A stretch of DNA of 64,000 nucleotides. Source: a virus (lineage: Duplodnaviria; Caudoviricetes). Position 1 is the first letter of the stretch, and each line of letters starts with the position of its first letter. The stretch spans positions 1-64,000 of IMG/VR virus record IMGVR_UViG_3300037075_000004; one strand, given 5' to 3'. Below the pieces are notes generated by a model that was not told where the DNA came from, made no database searches, and saw nothing but the letters and a program-made list of their open reading frames with translations. The translations under genes and the position numbers were made by a program. Shown here piece by piece: positions 27,378-36,860 of the stretch.

Positions 27378-29990
27378 TTATTTTTTCTCTCTTCCCTCTC
27401 TAGAATGGCGATCTATGTTAAGTATTTTTTGGATTTCTCGCGGTACATATCCGCTTCCATCTAGGTCTATACTATTATCATTATTATTACCTCCAAAAAA
27501 GTCTCGATATCTGGACTTGCTCCCCAATAATGCGAATCCAAAGGCTGTTTTCAAATCTAAGTGGGTGAAACTTTCAACTCCCCTAAAAAGTTTGATTTCG
27601 TTTAGTAAGTCATCATGGTTCTCTACGTGACCTCTTAATTCAATATAATCCTTATATTCCCTTATTAATTCCTGATGTGTTTCTTGTCCTGTCCACTTAC
27701 CCGGGAGTTTCTTTGGTCTCCCATCTAAACCCAACTCATATAAGAAATATCCAGCATAACCTCGTTTAAATACATGAGATATGAACGCCTCTACGTTCCA
27801 TTCAGGGAACATCATCGCACCAAAATACTGACATGCCATTATCACATCTTCAAAATATTCATCCTGCGTAGCGGGACGATAACTATAACTCAATATACAT
27901 TTAAAACTATCCCATTCTTTTTTGGCCTTGCCGTGATCTATGGAATCATCATATTCCCAAAGTATTGCTATACCTCCATTACTTTGGCGGGAATTAGACA
28001 AACTAAATCCTCTTTTGCTGTTAATTTTTGCCTCGGCCTCTCGCATATTCCTGAAGGCATCTATACCACAAGTAAACCTCTGCCCGTTTATCGGGCGCCA
28101 AGATTTTACTATTCTCTGCCCTTGCCCATCCCAAACATCTATCAATTCCCTCCGATTAGTCATTGCTTGTGGGATATCCATAGATAATCTGAACTTAGGC
28201 ATATCGGGGTTGGTCTCCCACTTAACTTCTCCATCGGGATAACTATCACGATAAAAGAATCCTACTTTATAAGGTGGTTTACCTAAAGACTTTAGGCGGT
28301 TTACCTCTCCAAGACGCTTGTCCACAATCTCAAGATTATATCCTACATTCCCCGATGACCCGAGCCAACACTCCGCCCAAGAGAACGGACTCTTACGCCT
28401 TATACTGCGATATGTCTCAAGAGACTGTGGCGTGTTCTCAGCAAGTAGTGCGTCCCTCTCCTCCTGTAGCATCTGTCTCGCACCTTTCTTAGCAACTGCG
28501 AAGATGGCGTAGGGTGATAATTTTATCTGTCTCTCCGTGGGTGCCTCGATGACTGACTTGCCAAACCTGTCTATGAATCCCTCCATTCTCAGGTATGCCG
28601 GTATGAATATCCTTGCGAACCCCGAAACAGTCTGACCCTTGATGGGTACCCGCCTATAGAAATCACTCATCATACACATACGATAGTAAGGTGCCGAGTC
28701 GGACTCCATCTCCTCTACCGTGGACGGGTTCTTCACATATGCTCCTTTCAAAATGTTTATCCCCATACCCGTTGACATGGTGAATTTATTGACATTCCAT
28801 CTCTCGAAGATGTTGATATTCAGATTACTGGATTTCCCCTGCTCGTCATTAAGCAGACCATTCAATCTATCGCCTTCATTCTTGAATAGTCCCCCTGAAT
28901 CTGAGAATGTGATAGAGCTACCAAGTCCTCCCTGTACATAGACATTCGGCGGCACATCAAGCCTCAGAACAGTTGGGCGCCTGTTGCCCTCCCACATTGG
29001 TTTAAGGCACATAGGCAGGGTATCGAAGGCCGGGAGTAGTTTCTTTTTGTAATGTATTTCTGCGTTATTGCCCTCGAAGGATATTATGGTGCTAAAGAAT
29101 GAATAGTTTGTAGTAGAACCTTTAAGAATCTTATGTAATGCCTCATGCGTTGCGCCGGTTCTACGGGTCTTTGGCTCGACATCACCGAAGAATAGTCGCC
29201 TGCCAAGGTCTATTATCTCGTACCCACCGTCTTTCTTTATTGCTCTGCCCGTTTCCTGATCTATGTCTTTAAATGTCTCAGTACAGTTCTCTAGGTACCA
29301 TGCGAAGCAAAACTTTCGGCGGACATCATCTCTGTACTCGGGATATGTCTCAGCTTCGGCAATATAGTAGAAGTTCAGAAAATCGAAGTAATCAGGGGGC
29401 AGAAATGTAGGTTCGCCATCGTTATAGAACCAGTACCCGTAAGTCCTGCACCACCATACCTTCTGTAACCATTTTATCTCCTCTTGCAGGTTTTCTTTTT
29501 CCTGTTCAAATATCTCCCAGAATTTAAGATAGAACTTGTAACCCTGTATGGTGTCCTGCCTGTTACGTTTCTCTATCTCATAGAGGTCATTTAAGGCTTT
29601 CTTTTCTATCTTTTTGAAGTTCTCCGGTACTTCGAGCCGTCTAAAGTACTGCTCATCCTCGGATAGTCCGTAGTTATCTATTTTCTTTAGATTCTTTGGC
29701 GGGGAGGGCATAGAGAAATATATTGGCGTCAAATCTTGGTCATTTTCATTAATTAATTCCCAGAGTCTCGTACCATCTTCCCTAAACTGGTACTCGGTGG
29801 GTTGCTCATCATTAATAAACTTGGGTAACTCCGGCTTATATCCCGCCTCATATGGGCTGAAACCCCATATATCCTCTTCGGCAATAAGGCTTACTATGTT
29901 CTCTGGCTTGAGTTGAAATTTCTTTTCTTCTTCCTGATATTCTTGCGATGACTCGAATGAAAGTTTGCCTTTCGTTTTTTTACGACCCAT
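27378..29990 (-). CDS. terL: Terminase large subunit
   Basis: 870 aa; Walker A-like KTRRTGAT, Walker B LLNDEQGK, coupling motif STVEE, RNase H-like CGIDAF and terminal DLKTAFG; promoter box at 30010-30017. Confidence 0.9.
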   Translation of the reverse strand: MGRKKTKGKLSFESSQEYQEEEKKFQLKPENIVSLIAEEDIWGFSPYEAGYKPELPKFINDEQPTEYQFREDGTRLWELINENDQDLTPIYFSMPSPPKNLKKIDNYGLSEDEQYFRRLEVPENFKKIEKKALNDLYEIEKRNRQDTIQGYKFYLKFWEIFEQEKENLQEEIKWLQKVWWCRTYGYWFYNDGEPTFLPPDYFDFLNFYYIAEAETYPEYRDDVRRKFCFAWYLENCTETFKDIDQETGRAIKKDGGYEIIDLGRRLFFGDVEPKTRRTGATHEALHKILKGSTTNYSFFSTIISFEGNNAEIHYKKKLLPAFDTLPMCLKPMWEGNRRPTVLRLDVPPNVYVQGGLGSSITFSDSGGLFKNEGDRLNGLLNDEQGKSSNLNINIFERWNVNKFTMSTGMGINILKGAYVKNPSTVEEMESDSAPYYRMCMMSDFYRRVPIKGQTVSGFARIFIPAYLRMEGFIDRFGKSVIEAPTERQIKLSPYAIFAVAKKGARQMLQEERDALLAENTPQSLETYRSIRRKSPFSWAECWLGSSGNVGYNLEIVDKRLGEVNRLKSLGKPPYKVGFFYRDSYPDGEVKWETNPDMPKFRLSMDIPQAMTNRRELIDVWDGQGQRIVKSWRPINGQRFTCGIDAFRNMREAEAKINSKRGFSLSNSRQSNGGIAILWEYDDSIDHGKAKKEWDSFKCILSYSYRPATQDEYFEDVIMACQYFGAMMFPEWNVEAFISHVFKRGYAGYFLYELGLDGRPKKLPGKWTGQETHQELIREYKDYIELRGHVENHDDLLNEIKLFRGVESFTHLDLKTAFGFALLGSKSRYRDFFGGNNNDNSIDLDGSGYVPREIQKILNIDRHSREGREKK

Positions 29991-30051
29991 GTTTCTGTGC
30001 TTGTTTGCACAAAGATAAGAAAAAAGAAGAAGTAGTCGTGATTAATAATTA

Positions 30052-30396
30052 TTATTCTTGTTGATTTGTGGGTAACTCATATTGACAGAAGAAACTATCA
30101 ACTGTTTTACCGCTAGCGTCTGTTATATAACAATCTGCCTTAGGCAAAATAAACAAGGTGTTTTTAAGTTCAAAATCTCCTGCAAGAATCAAAACATCGG
30201 AAACAACAAATAACTGCTGACTTGATGTTTCTAACATCTGTCCAATACATCTTGCGTTTGGCGTATTCTTCTGTACCTTAGAGGCGATGTAATGATCGCT
30301 ACTAAAATACTCTTTGTGTGTAATTGAATCGCCTGAAAAAAGATGAGTCCTGACTTGACCATCTAGGTCTGTTGTGATTACTTTAAGTGTTAACAT
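30052..30396 (-). CDS. Hypothetical protein
   Basis: 114 aa with its own promoter box at 30443-30450. Confidence 0.55.
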   Translation of the reverse strand: MLTLKVITTDLDGQVRTHLFSGDSITHKEYFSSDHYIASKVQKNTPNARCIGQMLETSSQQLFVVSDVLILAGDFELKNTLFILPKADCYITDASGKTVDSFFCQYELPTNQQE

Positions 30397-30458
30397 TTCT
30401 AATTCCTCCTAATTCTTCTTTTATAACTACTTCTTCTGAATACAAAGATAATAATAAT

Positions 30459-30485
30459 AAAAAGACCCGCCACTTTGGGCGGGTC
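30459..30485 (-). terminator. Rho-independent terminator
   Basis: GACCCGCC-CAAAGT-GGCGGGTC-TTTTT. Confidence 0.8.
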
Positions 30486-30512
30486 GAGCATGGGTTATTA
30501 TCCCATCGGAAG

Positions 30513-31004
30513 TTACGCAACCAATGCGAGGATCGCCGCCAGAGTATGACTTACTCTTAGTCTTACAACCTTAAATCCATCATCTTCTCTTATCCATATA
30601 TAGGACTGTGTAGCGGAATAGCTATCTGGTACTGCACAGGCATAAGCTATCTGCCAGATGAAGAAAGTATGAGACGCAGTACTCTCGGTGGGGTCACCCT
30701 TGGGGTAGACATTCAGTGTTATATGGGTATGGGTCATTGCCGTGTCCATATGTACAATGATCTGTGCTGCCGAATGATCGGTCTCCATATAATTAGAATC
30801 GCACCTATGGTCAAACGGGTTATCAAAAAAATACATAGATGAGTGAGCATTTGTTATGGTCGAATGATCCCGTAACCCGTCAATACCGTTAGTGTTCAAT
30901 AGGTAGCTTGTGCCATTGGTGGCATCCCTTACCCTTTTTTGTCCTTTTACCTGCCACTTATAGACTGTCGCTATAAAGAGGCTTGTTGATCTGTAATGTG
31001 CCAT
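30513..31004 (-). CDS. Hypothetical protein, paralog B of a tandem pair
   Basis: Shares LFI..VY.W, DN..D.R, AQII...DTA, ITL..YP...P, IAY and GFK.V patterns with 31018-31596. Confidence 0.65.
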   Translation of the reverse strand: MAHYRSTSLFIATVYKWQVKGQKRVRDATNGTSYLLNTNGIDGLRDHSTITNAHSSMYFFDNPFDHRCDSNYMETDHSAAQIIVHMDTAMTHTHITLNVYPKGDPTESTASHTFFIWQIAYACAVPDSYSATQSYIWIREDDGFKVVRLRVSHTLAAILALVA

Positions 31005-31017
31005 TACTCAGTCCTCC

Positions 31018-31596
31018 TTAGAATTCGAACTTCAGTTTCTCGGTGGTCTCGTCTTCAAATGCCGTCTCTACGGTACTGAAGGTCGTTGAGGTAGAACCAC
31101 CCCTTACAAGATCAGGAACATCTTCCAATGCCAGGTTGGTCAGTACCTCTACTCTCTTGAAACTCCCCTTGTCGTAAACAACCCAACATTTATGGGCGGG
31201 ATCGGGATTGTATCTCTCAACATAAGCAATAGACGCCCATCCAATAGTGGTGTCAACGGTGTCCCTTAATGGAAACTTTGGCGTGCCCCATGGGTTATTA
31301 AATGGATATATTGGCAGTGTGATTGCTGTGCTTGCTGGTGCGGTATCGGAATATGTAATTATTTGTGCCACCGTCTTGTCACATACGATTCTTGACCATC
31401 GTTCCCTGCGATCTCCGATGTTATCGGAATAGAGGAACTCAGACCCGAGGGCATTAGTTTTCAGGTCTGTAATGAAATAAGGATTCAACACAAACTCACG
31501 AAAGCCGTGTTTGGAAATATCGAGTGGTGATACTCGATTCTTGCTATCTCGTTGATCTTCCCAGAGATAGACCTTTGTAATAAAGAGAACGCTCAT
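31018..31596 (-). CDS. Hypothetical protein, paralog A of a tandem pair
   Basis: Same shared patterns as paralog B; TACCTTTG box at 31646-31653. Confidence 0.65.
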   Translation of the reverse strand: MSVLFITKVYLWEDQRDSKNRVSPLDISKHGFREFVLNPYFITDLKTNALGSEFLYSDNIGDRRERWSRIVCDKTVAQIITYSDTAPASTAITLPIYPFNNPWGTPKFPLRDTVDTTIGWASIAYVERYNPDPAHKCWVVYDKGSFKRVEVLTNLALEDVPDLVRGGSTSTTFSTVETAFEDETTEKLKFEF

Positions 31597-31665
31597 TGTT
31601 TTTTACCTTTTTAGGATGAATACATAAAAAATTACAACTATCCCACAAAGGTAAATATTTATTTT

Positions 31666-31896
31666 TTAATGATTAAATTCAATCTTTATTAATTTCCATC
31701 GGTGTTCCTTGTCGTGATGTTCCATGCCCATAATTCTATGTGCCAATTCCAATCCTTCCCTGCCGTCAAAAGAATGATGCTTTAATAAAACAGAAAATTC
31801 ATCATCTTTATCTAATGTAGGATGACATGGGCAATTTCTTTTGGCGGAATGTCTCCTTAAATCATTAACAGGGATTATATGGAATTCATCTTTCAT
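31666..31896 (-). CDS. Small His/Cys-motif phage protein
   Basis: HIIPVNDLRRH...CPCHP...HHSFDGRE. Confidence 0.55.
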   Translation of the reverse strand: MKDEFHIIPVNDLRRHSAKRNCPCHPTLDKDDEFSVLLKHHSFDGREGLELAHRIMGMEHHDKEHRWKLIKIEFNH

Positions 31897-32395
31897 TTTC
31901 CATTTCTTTTAATCTTAATCCCTTTTCTTCAGGGAAATTTAGACAAGCGAATTCACCAAAATATTTAATTGCTGCCCTATCGTAAGCATGTGCGGCATCT
32001 ATTTCGTTATTGGACACGCCTAAATATATTTGTTTTCTTTTGAATTTTATTTTCGCATAAAAATTATTACTACATGGACATTTGAATACTCCCTTGTATT
32101 TCCTAAGTAATTTCTTATTAAATGCATTTTGTTGTTGCGTGCAATTCCTTAAATTATATCGTTGATTATTGAGAGAATTATGGTCTATGTGATCGACTTG
32201 CATACCCTTAGGGGTACTCATTATTAACCGATGCATGTAAATAATATTAGACTTCCCTTTTCTTTTAATATTCCTAACAGCAACAAATTGCCCCTTGGGT
32301 TGCCTGTGTGCTGACCATTTCCATTGGTTTAACCAATCGAAATCTGCATCATCCACAAGTGCAACTTGTTCTCTTGTCAACTTAATCTCTTTCAT
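31886..32395 (-). CDS. HNH endonuclease with AP2-like C-terminal domain
   Basis: ALVDDADFDWLNQWKW...YMHRLIM...VDHIDHNSLNNQRYNLR; YKGV...AKI...IYLG...AAHAYD.AA..YFGEFA.LNF. Confidence 0.9.
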   Translation of the reverse strand: MKEIKLTREQVALVDDADFDWLNQWKWSAHRQPKGQFVAVRNIKRKGKSNIIYMHRLIMSTPKGMQVDHIDHNSLNNQRYNLRNCTQQQNAFNKKLLRKYKGVFKCPCSNNFYAKIKFKRKQIYLGVSNNEIDAAHAYDRAAIKYFGEFACLNFPEEKGLRLKEMENER

Positions 32396-32494
32396 TAATC
32401 CATACTTTAAATTTCACCATACTATAAAAGGAGGAAGAGCGTATGGTTAACTCTTGTCGGCGGCAGCCATCTCCGCCTATCCTCCACAAAAATA
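32396..32494 (-). promoter_or_regulatory. Promoter box plus structured leader of the HNH-AP2 gene
   Basis: TATTTTTG at 32487-32494; GGAGG/CCTCC stem enclosing GGCGG/CCGCC and AAGAG/CTCTT hairpins; loop ACCATAC complementary to downstream GTATGGT. Confidence 0.5.
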
Positions 32495-32547
32495 GTTATT
32501 TTTTATGACTTCTTGCCGCAAATATTTGCTTAATTTACGACAAGTTA

Positions 32548-32991
32548 TCAATCTAAACCACTGGCAGGTAATTCATTATCAAGGAAATTTTGCCGAACCC
32601 CCTCCGCAAAATTATCACTGGGATGGAGTCGGATATTCCGACAAACAATTCCATTACTAAATTCATAATAAACACTGTTTGGAACTTCGGGGTGGGGTGT
32701 GATTTTAACAACACTCACATGTTCTATTCTACCGTTTCCCATATCAAGATCAATTTCATCCCCCATATTAAGACTAGATTTCTTTTCTTTCTCAAAATGT
32801 TGATTTGCATTCATTTCATAAATATCTGCATCACAGAGTAGATCAAGTCCAACATTCTTTTTCAAAAGATTGTACTCTGCGAGAAGATCATCATAGGTCT
32901 TATACCCTCGATATTTGCCCGTATCAATTAATGAAAGCAGTTCATCTCCAACTTTCATTATTCTAATCATATTATCTGTTAATTCTCTCAT
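32548..32991 (-). CDS. Hypothetical protein
   Basis: 147 aa, 1 nt after the upstream glycosyltransferase stop. Confidence 0.5.
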   Translation of the reverse strand: MRELTDNMIRIMKVGDELLSLIDTGKYRGYKTYDDLLAEYNLLKKNVGLDLLCDADIYEMNANQHFEKEKKSSLNMGDEIDLDMGNGRIEHVSVVKITPHPEVPNSVYYEFSNGIVCRNIRLHPSDNFAEGVRQNFLDNELPASGLD

Positions 32992-32992
32992 A

Positions 32993-33976
32993 TTATCTAC
33001 TTATTAGCTTTCCTTCTCTTTTATTGCGTTTTCTTATACTTTGGACGGCATCCCAATTTTGTCTTATCCATACCTGTGCTACCGATAGATTATGAGAAAA
33101 ATTAAGATGGTTTAGGCATTCTTCCTTTAGCGGGTTGTCAAGCATAGTATGGACAATCCAAAGTTTGTTCCACCAATGCCAATCTTCCCTTATCGACCGA
33201 ACTTTAGATATATTGTCAATATTTATTCTCTGGAAAACATGGCCAACCTTGATATTGGGATACATCATACATTTCCCCCCGTAAACTCTCGCCTTGAGAC
33301 TCAGCATTGCCTCCAGGTGCCCCCACATCCTGAATCCCCGGAACTGCTCTCCCGCTACCGTGTCAAATCCGTGCATTCTCTCATAAAATTCCCTTGTGGT
33401 GAAGTAGAATGCACCATAGACAGCATCAATCTCATAAGGTTCATCTGATTTCTTATTAGCCCACCGACAGCCTATAATTTCTCTATAATTAGGGTCTTTT
33501 CTTAGTTCTGAATTCTTTGGCAGGTCGTCAACTGTCATCGTCCATGTGATAGTTGCCCCGTATCTATGATATAATCCCTCTTGTGCGATGTCATAATTGC
33601 CCGGTTGGAGCCCTACGGAGCAAGCACACCCCATTTCATTCGATTTAAGGGCATTTTTAAGCGATTTAAGCCACTTTCCCCTCTCGGGGTATATATCAGC
33701 CCCACTTATGACGATAATGTCTCCTGACGCATCTTTCACGCATCGGTCAATGCCATATCCCACACCCCATCTTTTATCGGAATTTAGGATAATTGTGTTA
33801 TGCCAAGGGATTTGTTCGTCTATGATGTACTTTGGCGAGCCGTCATCATTCATGCTTCCGTCATTCCATATCACGATCTGCAAATCGGAGTGTTTCTGTC
33901 CGTAGGTAAGATTTTCTATGACATTCCAAAGACTTTTGTCATCTTCGTTGAGGCAAGGGATACAGACGGAAATCAT
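32993..33976 (-). CDS. GT2-family (GT-A) glycosyltransferase
   Basis: MISVCIPCLNE...IVIWNDGS...GVG...ASGDIIVISGAD; late WGHLE...LS.KA...GG.C......VGH.F. Confidence 0.85.
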   Translation of the reverse strand: MISVCIPCLNEDDKSLWNVIENLTYGQKHSDLQIVIWNDGSMNDDGSPKYIIDEQIPWHNTIILNSDKRWGVGYGIDRCVKDASGDIIVISGADIYPERGKWLKSLKNALKSNEMGCACSVGLQPGNYDIAQEGLYHRYGATITWTMTVDDLPKNSELRKDPNYREIIGCRWANKKSDEPYEIDAVYGAFYFTTREFYERMHGFDTVAGEQFRGFRMWGHLEAMLSLKARVYGGKCMMYPNIKVGHVFQRINIDNISKVRSIREDWHWWNKLWIVHTMLDNPLKEECLNHLNFSHNLSVAQVWIRQNWDAVQSIRKRNKREGKLISR

Positions 33977-34191
33977 GTGCCTACCTCCCTGATATTTTTT
34001 GGTCTAACTTGATATTCCTCTCCCTTGTTATCAATCACAACGCACATACCACCCTTGGTTATTCTATCTAATTTCAATGGCGTTTTATTATGGATAAACA
34101 TCTTTAAATCTCCCCGCACCATCATGTCCCCATCTGGGGCTATATAGACCATACTACCCACGGCTTGATTCACAAAATCCATTGTTTTCAT
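33973..34191 (-). CDS. Hypothetical protein
   Basis: 72 aa with 4-nt overlap coupling. Confidence 0.5.
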   Translation of the reverse strand: MKTMDFVNQAVGSMVYIAPDGDMMVRGDLKMFIHNKTPLKLDRITKGGMCVVIDNKGEEYQVRPKNIREVGT

Positions 34192-34221
34192 TTTCTTTCT
34201 ATTATTGCAACAATATTTACT

Positions 34222-34449
34222 TTAGCGGGATTTGCCGACCTTTTTCCCTTTTTTCTCTAACTGATGATACCTATGCCATGTACTACTTGCATCGCTATCA
34301 TAAAAGTACCCCCAACTACTCTGGGTAGCGAATTTGGTACCACAATTCCGACATTCAATCCACGATTCGTGGGTGCAATCTCCATGACCATAATCATTTC
34401 TATAGTTGAGATATATCTCCCCTCCGCATAATACACAAGTCTCTTTCAT
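34222..34449 (-). CDS. Small Zn-ribbon protein
   Basis: CVLCGG...CRNCG; 4-nt overlap with the upstream gene. Confidence 0.55.
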   Translation of the reverse strand: MKETCVLCGGEIYLNYRNDYGHGDCTHESWIECRNCGTKFATQSSWGYFYDSDASSTWHRYHQLEKKGKKVGKSR

Positions 34450-35249
34450 GTTTTCCTATTTAAGATTGCAACAATATTTTTCCGTTGAATACACCAATAC
34501 AACTTATCATCAAATTTACTATTCCATGTCGTTCTTTCAAGAAGAAACGGAACCGATTTCCGATCAAACAAAACTAAATCTCCTATTTTTAGGTCTTTAA
34601 AATCAATAAGTTCTGGAAATCTATAGCGGGCATTAGGTTTGCCAAGATACCGCACAACACCTCTATCTTGATAGATTTTGTCTTCGCTTATCACATCGAG
34701 ATCGGATAGCTTGGGTTTGGCAACTTGTGTGCAGAGGATATAGCCATTTAGAGTGAAGATATCTTCCCTTCTATCTTCCACATATTTATCGGAATATGTA
34801 ATAGGGTCTAATTTATAGTAATTTCGTGTTACGCCAATTAATCGCTTTGAAACGTAGATATCCTGATAATTTATCAATTTGTATTCTTCGCCTTCACAAA
34901 CAAGAGTAAGAGAATTTAGAGCGTCGATTGGATTGGTAAAGATTATATCTCCTTCCTGTAACTCTTGCGTGGTCTCCCAATCCATGCTTTTAGGGTCTTC
35001 GGGATTGAAATAAAGGCTCTTGGGGGTTTTATAGACTATGAGTGAAGTCTCCGCAAGATCGGCAACGTGCGAGCTTGTGTCCTTGCCATCCTCAGAAGCG
35101 TAGGTATTTTCATTATTAAATCCCACGACTATCCCTGCCTTTGTTTTCGCCCCCTCGTTGCTATAGTATGCCCGGCAGAGAACATGATTACTCAGCACCT
35201 CGCCATTGTCGAGTTCACTTCTCGATATCTCCTTCTTTGGGTTCTCCAT
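34446..35249 (-). CDS. Tandem-domain GroES-like (co-chaperonin-like) protein
   Basis: Two units: VLSNHVLCR...TKAGIVVG...LQEGDIIF and LNGYILCT...RGVVRYLG...LKIGDLVLF, each resembling the Cpn10 pattern. Confidence 0.55.
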   Translation of the reverse strand: MENPKKEISRSELDNGEVLSNHVLCRAYYSNEGAKTKAGIVVGFNNENTYASEDGKDTSSHVADLAETSLIVYKTPKSLYFNPEDPKSMDWETTQELQEGDIIFTNPIDALNSLTLVCEGEEYKLINYQDIYVSKRLIGVTRNYYKLDPITYSDKYVEDRREDIFTLNGYILCTQVAKPKLSDLDVISEDKIYQDRGVVRYLGKPNARYRFPELIDFKDLKIGDLVLFDRKSVPFLLERTTWNSKFDDKLYWCIQRKNIVAILNRKT

Positions 35250-35439
35250 GAGGAATATTTCTAATTTTTACATTATAGGTTGTCATGGGAGATATAAGAT
35301 GTTTTACTTCATCCCTTAGGACATCCAATTCTCGATCAGTGTCTATTCTATCCCATTTCCCAAATAATCCAATTTTGTATTCAAGAAGCCAAAACTTTCC
35401 ACCACTCAAAATAATCGGTTTAATTCTGTACTTTGTCAT
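35215..35439 (-). CDS. Hypothetical protein
   Basis: 74 aa, overlapping neighbours in the same direction. Confidence 0.45.
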   Translation of the reverse strand: MTKYRIKPIILSGGKFWLLEYKIGLFGKWDRIDTDRELDVLRDEVKHLISPMTTYNVKIRNIPHGEPKEGDIEK

Positions 35440-35710
35440 CTTTTTCTTTTTTCTTTTCTATAGGTCTGTAAAATAAATCTATCTTTAGCGGGCTATATCC
35501 TACCGTCATCCTCGACCCATCATCGTAATACACAAATATCCGATCCTTCGTTATCGCCATCGCCATCTTCTCAATAAGGGTAGTACCTCCCTTATGGGAC
35601 GGTACAGGATTGCCCACCATGTAATATACATCATGGATGGTCAGTCCTCCTCTCTGCTCTCCTTTGATGAGAATGGCGTATAGTTCTTCTCGGACTTTGG
35701 CGGGACTCAT
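35420..35710 (-). CDS. Hypothetical protein
   Basis: 96 aa; its ATG overlaps the upstream TGA. Confidence 0.55.
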   Translation of the reverse strand: MSPAKVREELYAILIKGEQRGGLTIHDVYYMVGNPVPSHKGGTTLIEKMAMAITKDRIFVYYDDGSRMTVGYSPLKIDLFYRPIEKKKEKDDKVQN

Positions 35711-35877
35711 TGGATATATGCTATCGCACTAGTGTTGATAATGATATCTCCCCCTTCTTCATTACCTGAGTATATCCATTTAAGGTTTTCCTGTGCAGAG
35801 ACGGCCTCCTTAATCTGCTCGAATAAGTCATCGGAAATTTTAATTTCCTGTTTGTTTTTTAATACTATCTTTTTCAT
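35707..35877 (-). CDS. Hypothetical 56 aa protein (below the ORF-track cutoff)
   Basis: MKKIVLKNKQEIKISDDLFEQIK...AIAYIQ*; ATGA overlaps at both ends. Confidence 0.55.
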   Translation of the reverse strand: MKKIVLKNKQEIKISDDLFEQIKEAVSAQENLKWIYSGNEEGGDIIINTSAIAYIQ

Positions 35878-36560
35878 AATGTGTCAAGTATTTGTTTTTC
35901 CTCATCTGATAATATGTCATAGAACTTTTGCGGGTCTTCCGCATCCTTTATCTTGCTCATCCAGAGCGTGATTTTGTTTAGTGACTCAAAATTTTTGACA
36001 TCCACTACCATGCCATCCGCAATAGTCCTTGTTTTTATATAAGGCAGCATATTTTTTAGGCAGTCCCCATCCATTGCCCAACTGCGGTCTTTCGTCCATA
36101 GCTTACCAACCTTTTCGATAATCCTCCGGTTGATACATCTTCCTACGCCCAATGGTTGAGTAGTTACAAACTTCCGCAGGTTCCCCCTGAACTTACCATC
36201 CCCGCCATAGAACCAAACTTCTGTTAGACATACAAGGTCTACCCCAAACTCCATCTTTGCTATCATGTTACGCATGAGTGCCGTGCTAAAGATATCATCA
36301 CTTCCGCTCACCACCACATAATCTACTCCCTGTCCCATAAGATAGTCTACTCCTGTATTCCATTTGCGGGATGCCGGATGGTTATCTTGGGTGATATGGT
36401 GACAATGATAGGATTCCACGAGGTCTTTGTGTTCTGCATCCCCTACCACAACAACGGGTATGAATATTTCTAATTGCTCTCGCAGGCGCTTAATAGAAGC
36501 CAACCAAAGCCTAAGAATCTGTGTTCTACGGTAACTGATGGTGACGATCCCGAAGGTCAT
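35874..36560 (-). CDS. GT-A-fold glycosyltransferase-like protein
   Basis: FGIVTISYRR...VVVGD...KWNTG...YVVVSGSDDIF...GVGRCI. Confidence 0.7.
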   Translation of the reverse strand: MTFGIVTISYRRTQILRLWLASIKRLREQLEIFIPVVVVGDAEHKDLVESYHCHHITQDNHPASRKWNTGVDYLMGQGVDYVVVSGSDDIFSTALMRNMIAKMEFGVDLVCLTEVWFYGGDGKFRGNLRKFVTTQPLGVGRCINRRIIEKVGKLWTKDRSWAMDGDCLKNMLPYIKTRTIADGMVVDVKNFESLNKITLWMSKIKDAEDPQKFYDILSDEEKQILDTL

Positions 36561-36561
36561 A

Positions 36562-36801
36562 TTATTTAATTCGTACTGCCGAAGTTATTTTATCATAATT
36601 CCCCTTTACTGTTACATATAAAATACTGTCGCCCTGCACCACAATATAACGCCATGATTCATCTGGAAGGGGGAACACCTTTGCGTTGGGAAATTTCTCG
36701 CAAACCGTTTGCATACATTTAGAATTATCCATATCATTACATGCCATTAAAAACATAAATGATGCAACCGACAAGAGTACTAAGAAAATTTTAGTTTTCA
36801 T
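36562..36801 (-). CDS. Small lipoprotein
   Basis: MKTKIFLVLLSVASFMFLMA-C lipobox-like signal. Confidence 0.6.
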   Translation of the reverse strand: MKTKIFLVLLSVASFMFLMACNDMDNSKCMQTVCEKFPNAKVFPLPDESWRYIVVQGDSILYVTVKGNYDKITSAVRIK

Positions 36802-36860
36802 AATTTTAAATTTTGATTACCCAACAAATGTAGAACATATTAATTTAAAAAACAAGTATT

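Noticed and set aside
27378-29990. Intein or intron in the long terminase gene
   Set aside because: The extra length is N-terminal to the Walker A motif; no intein termini (C...HN), LAGLIDADG motif or frame break seen.
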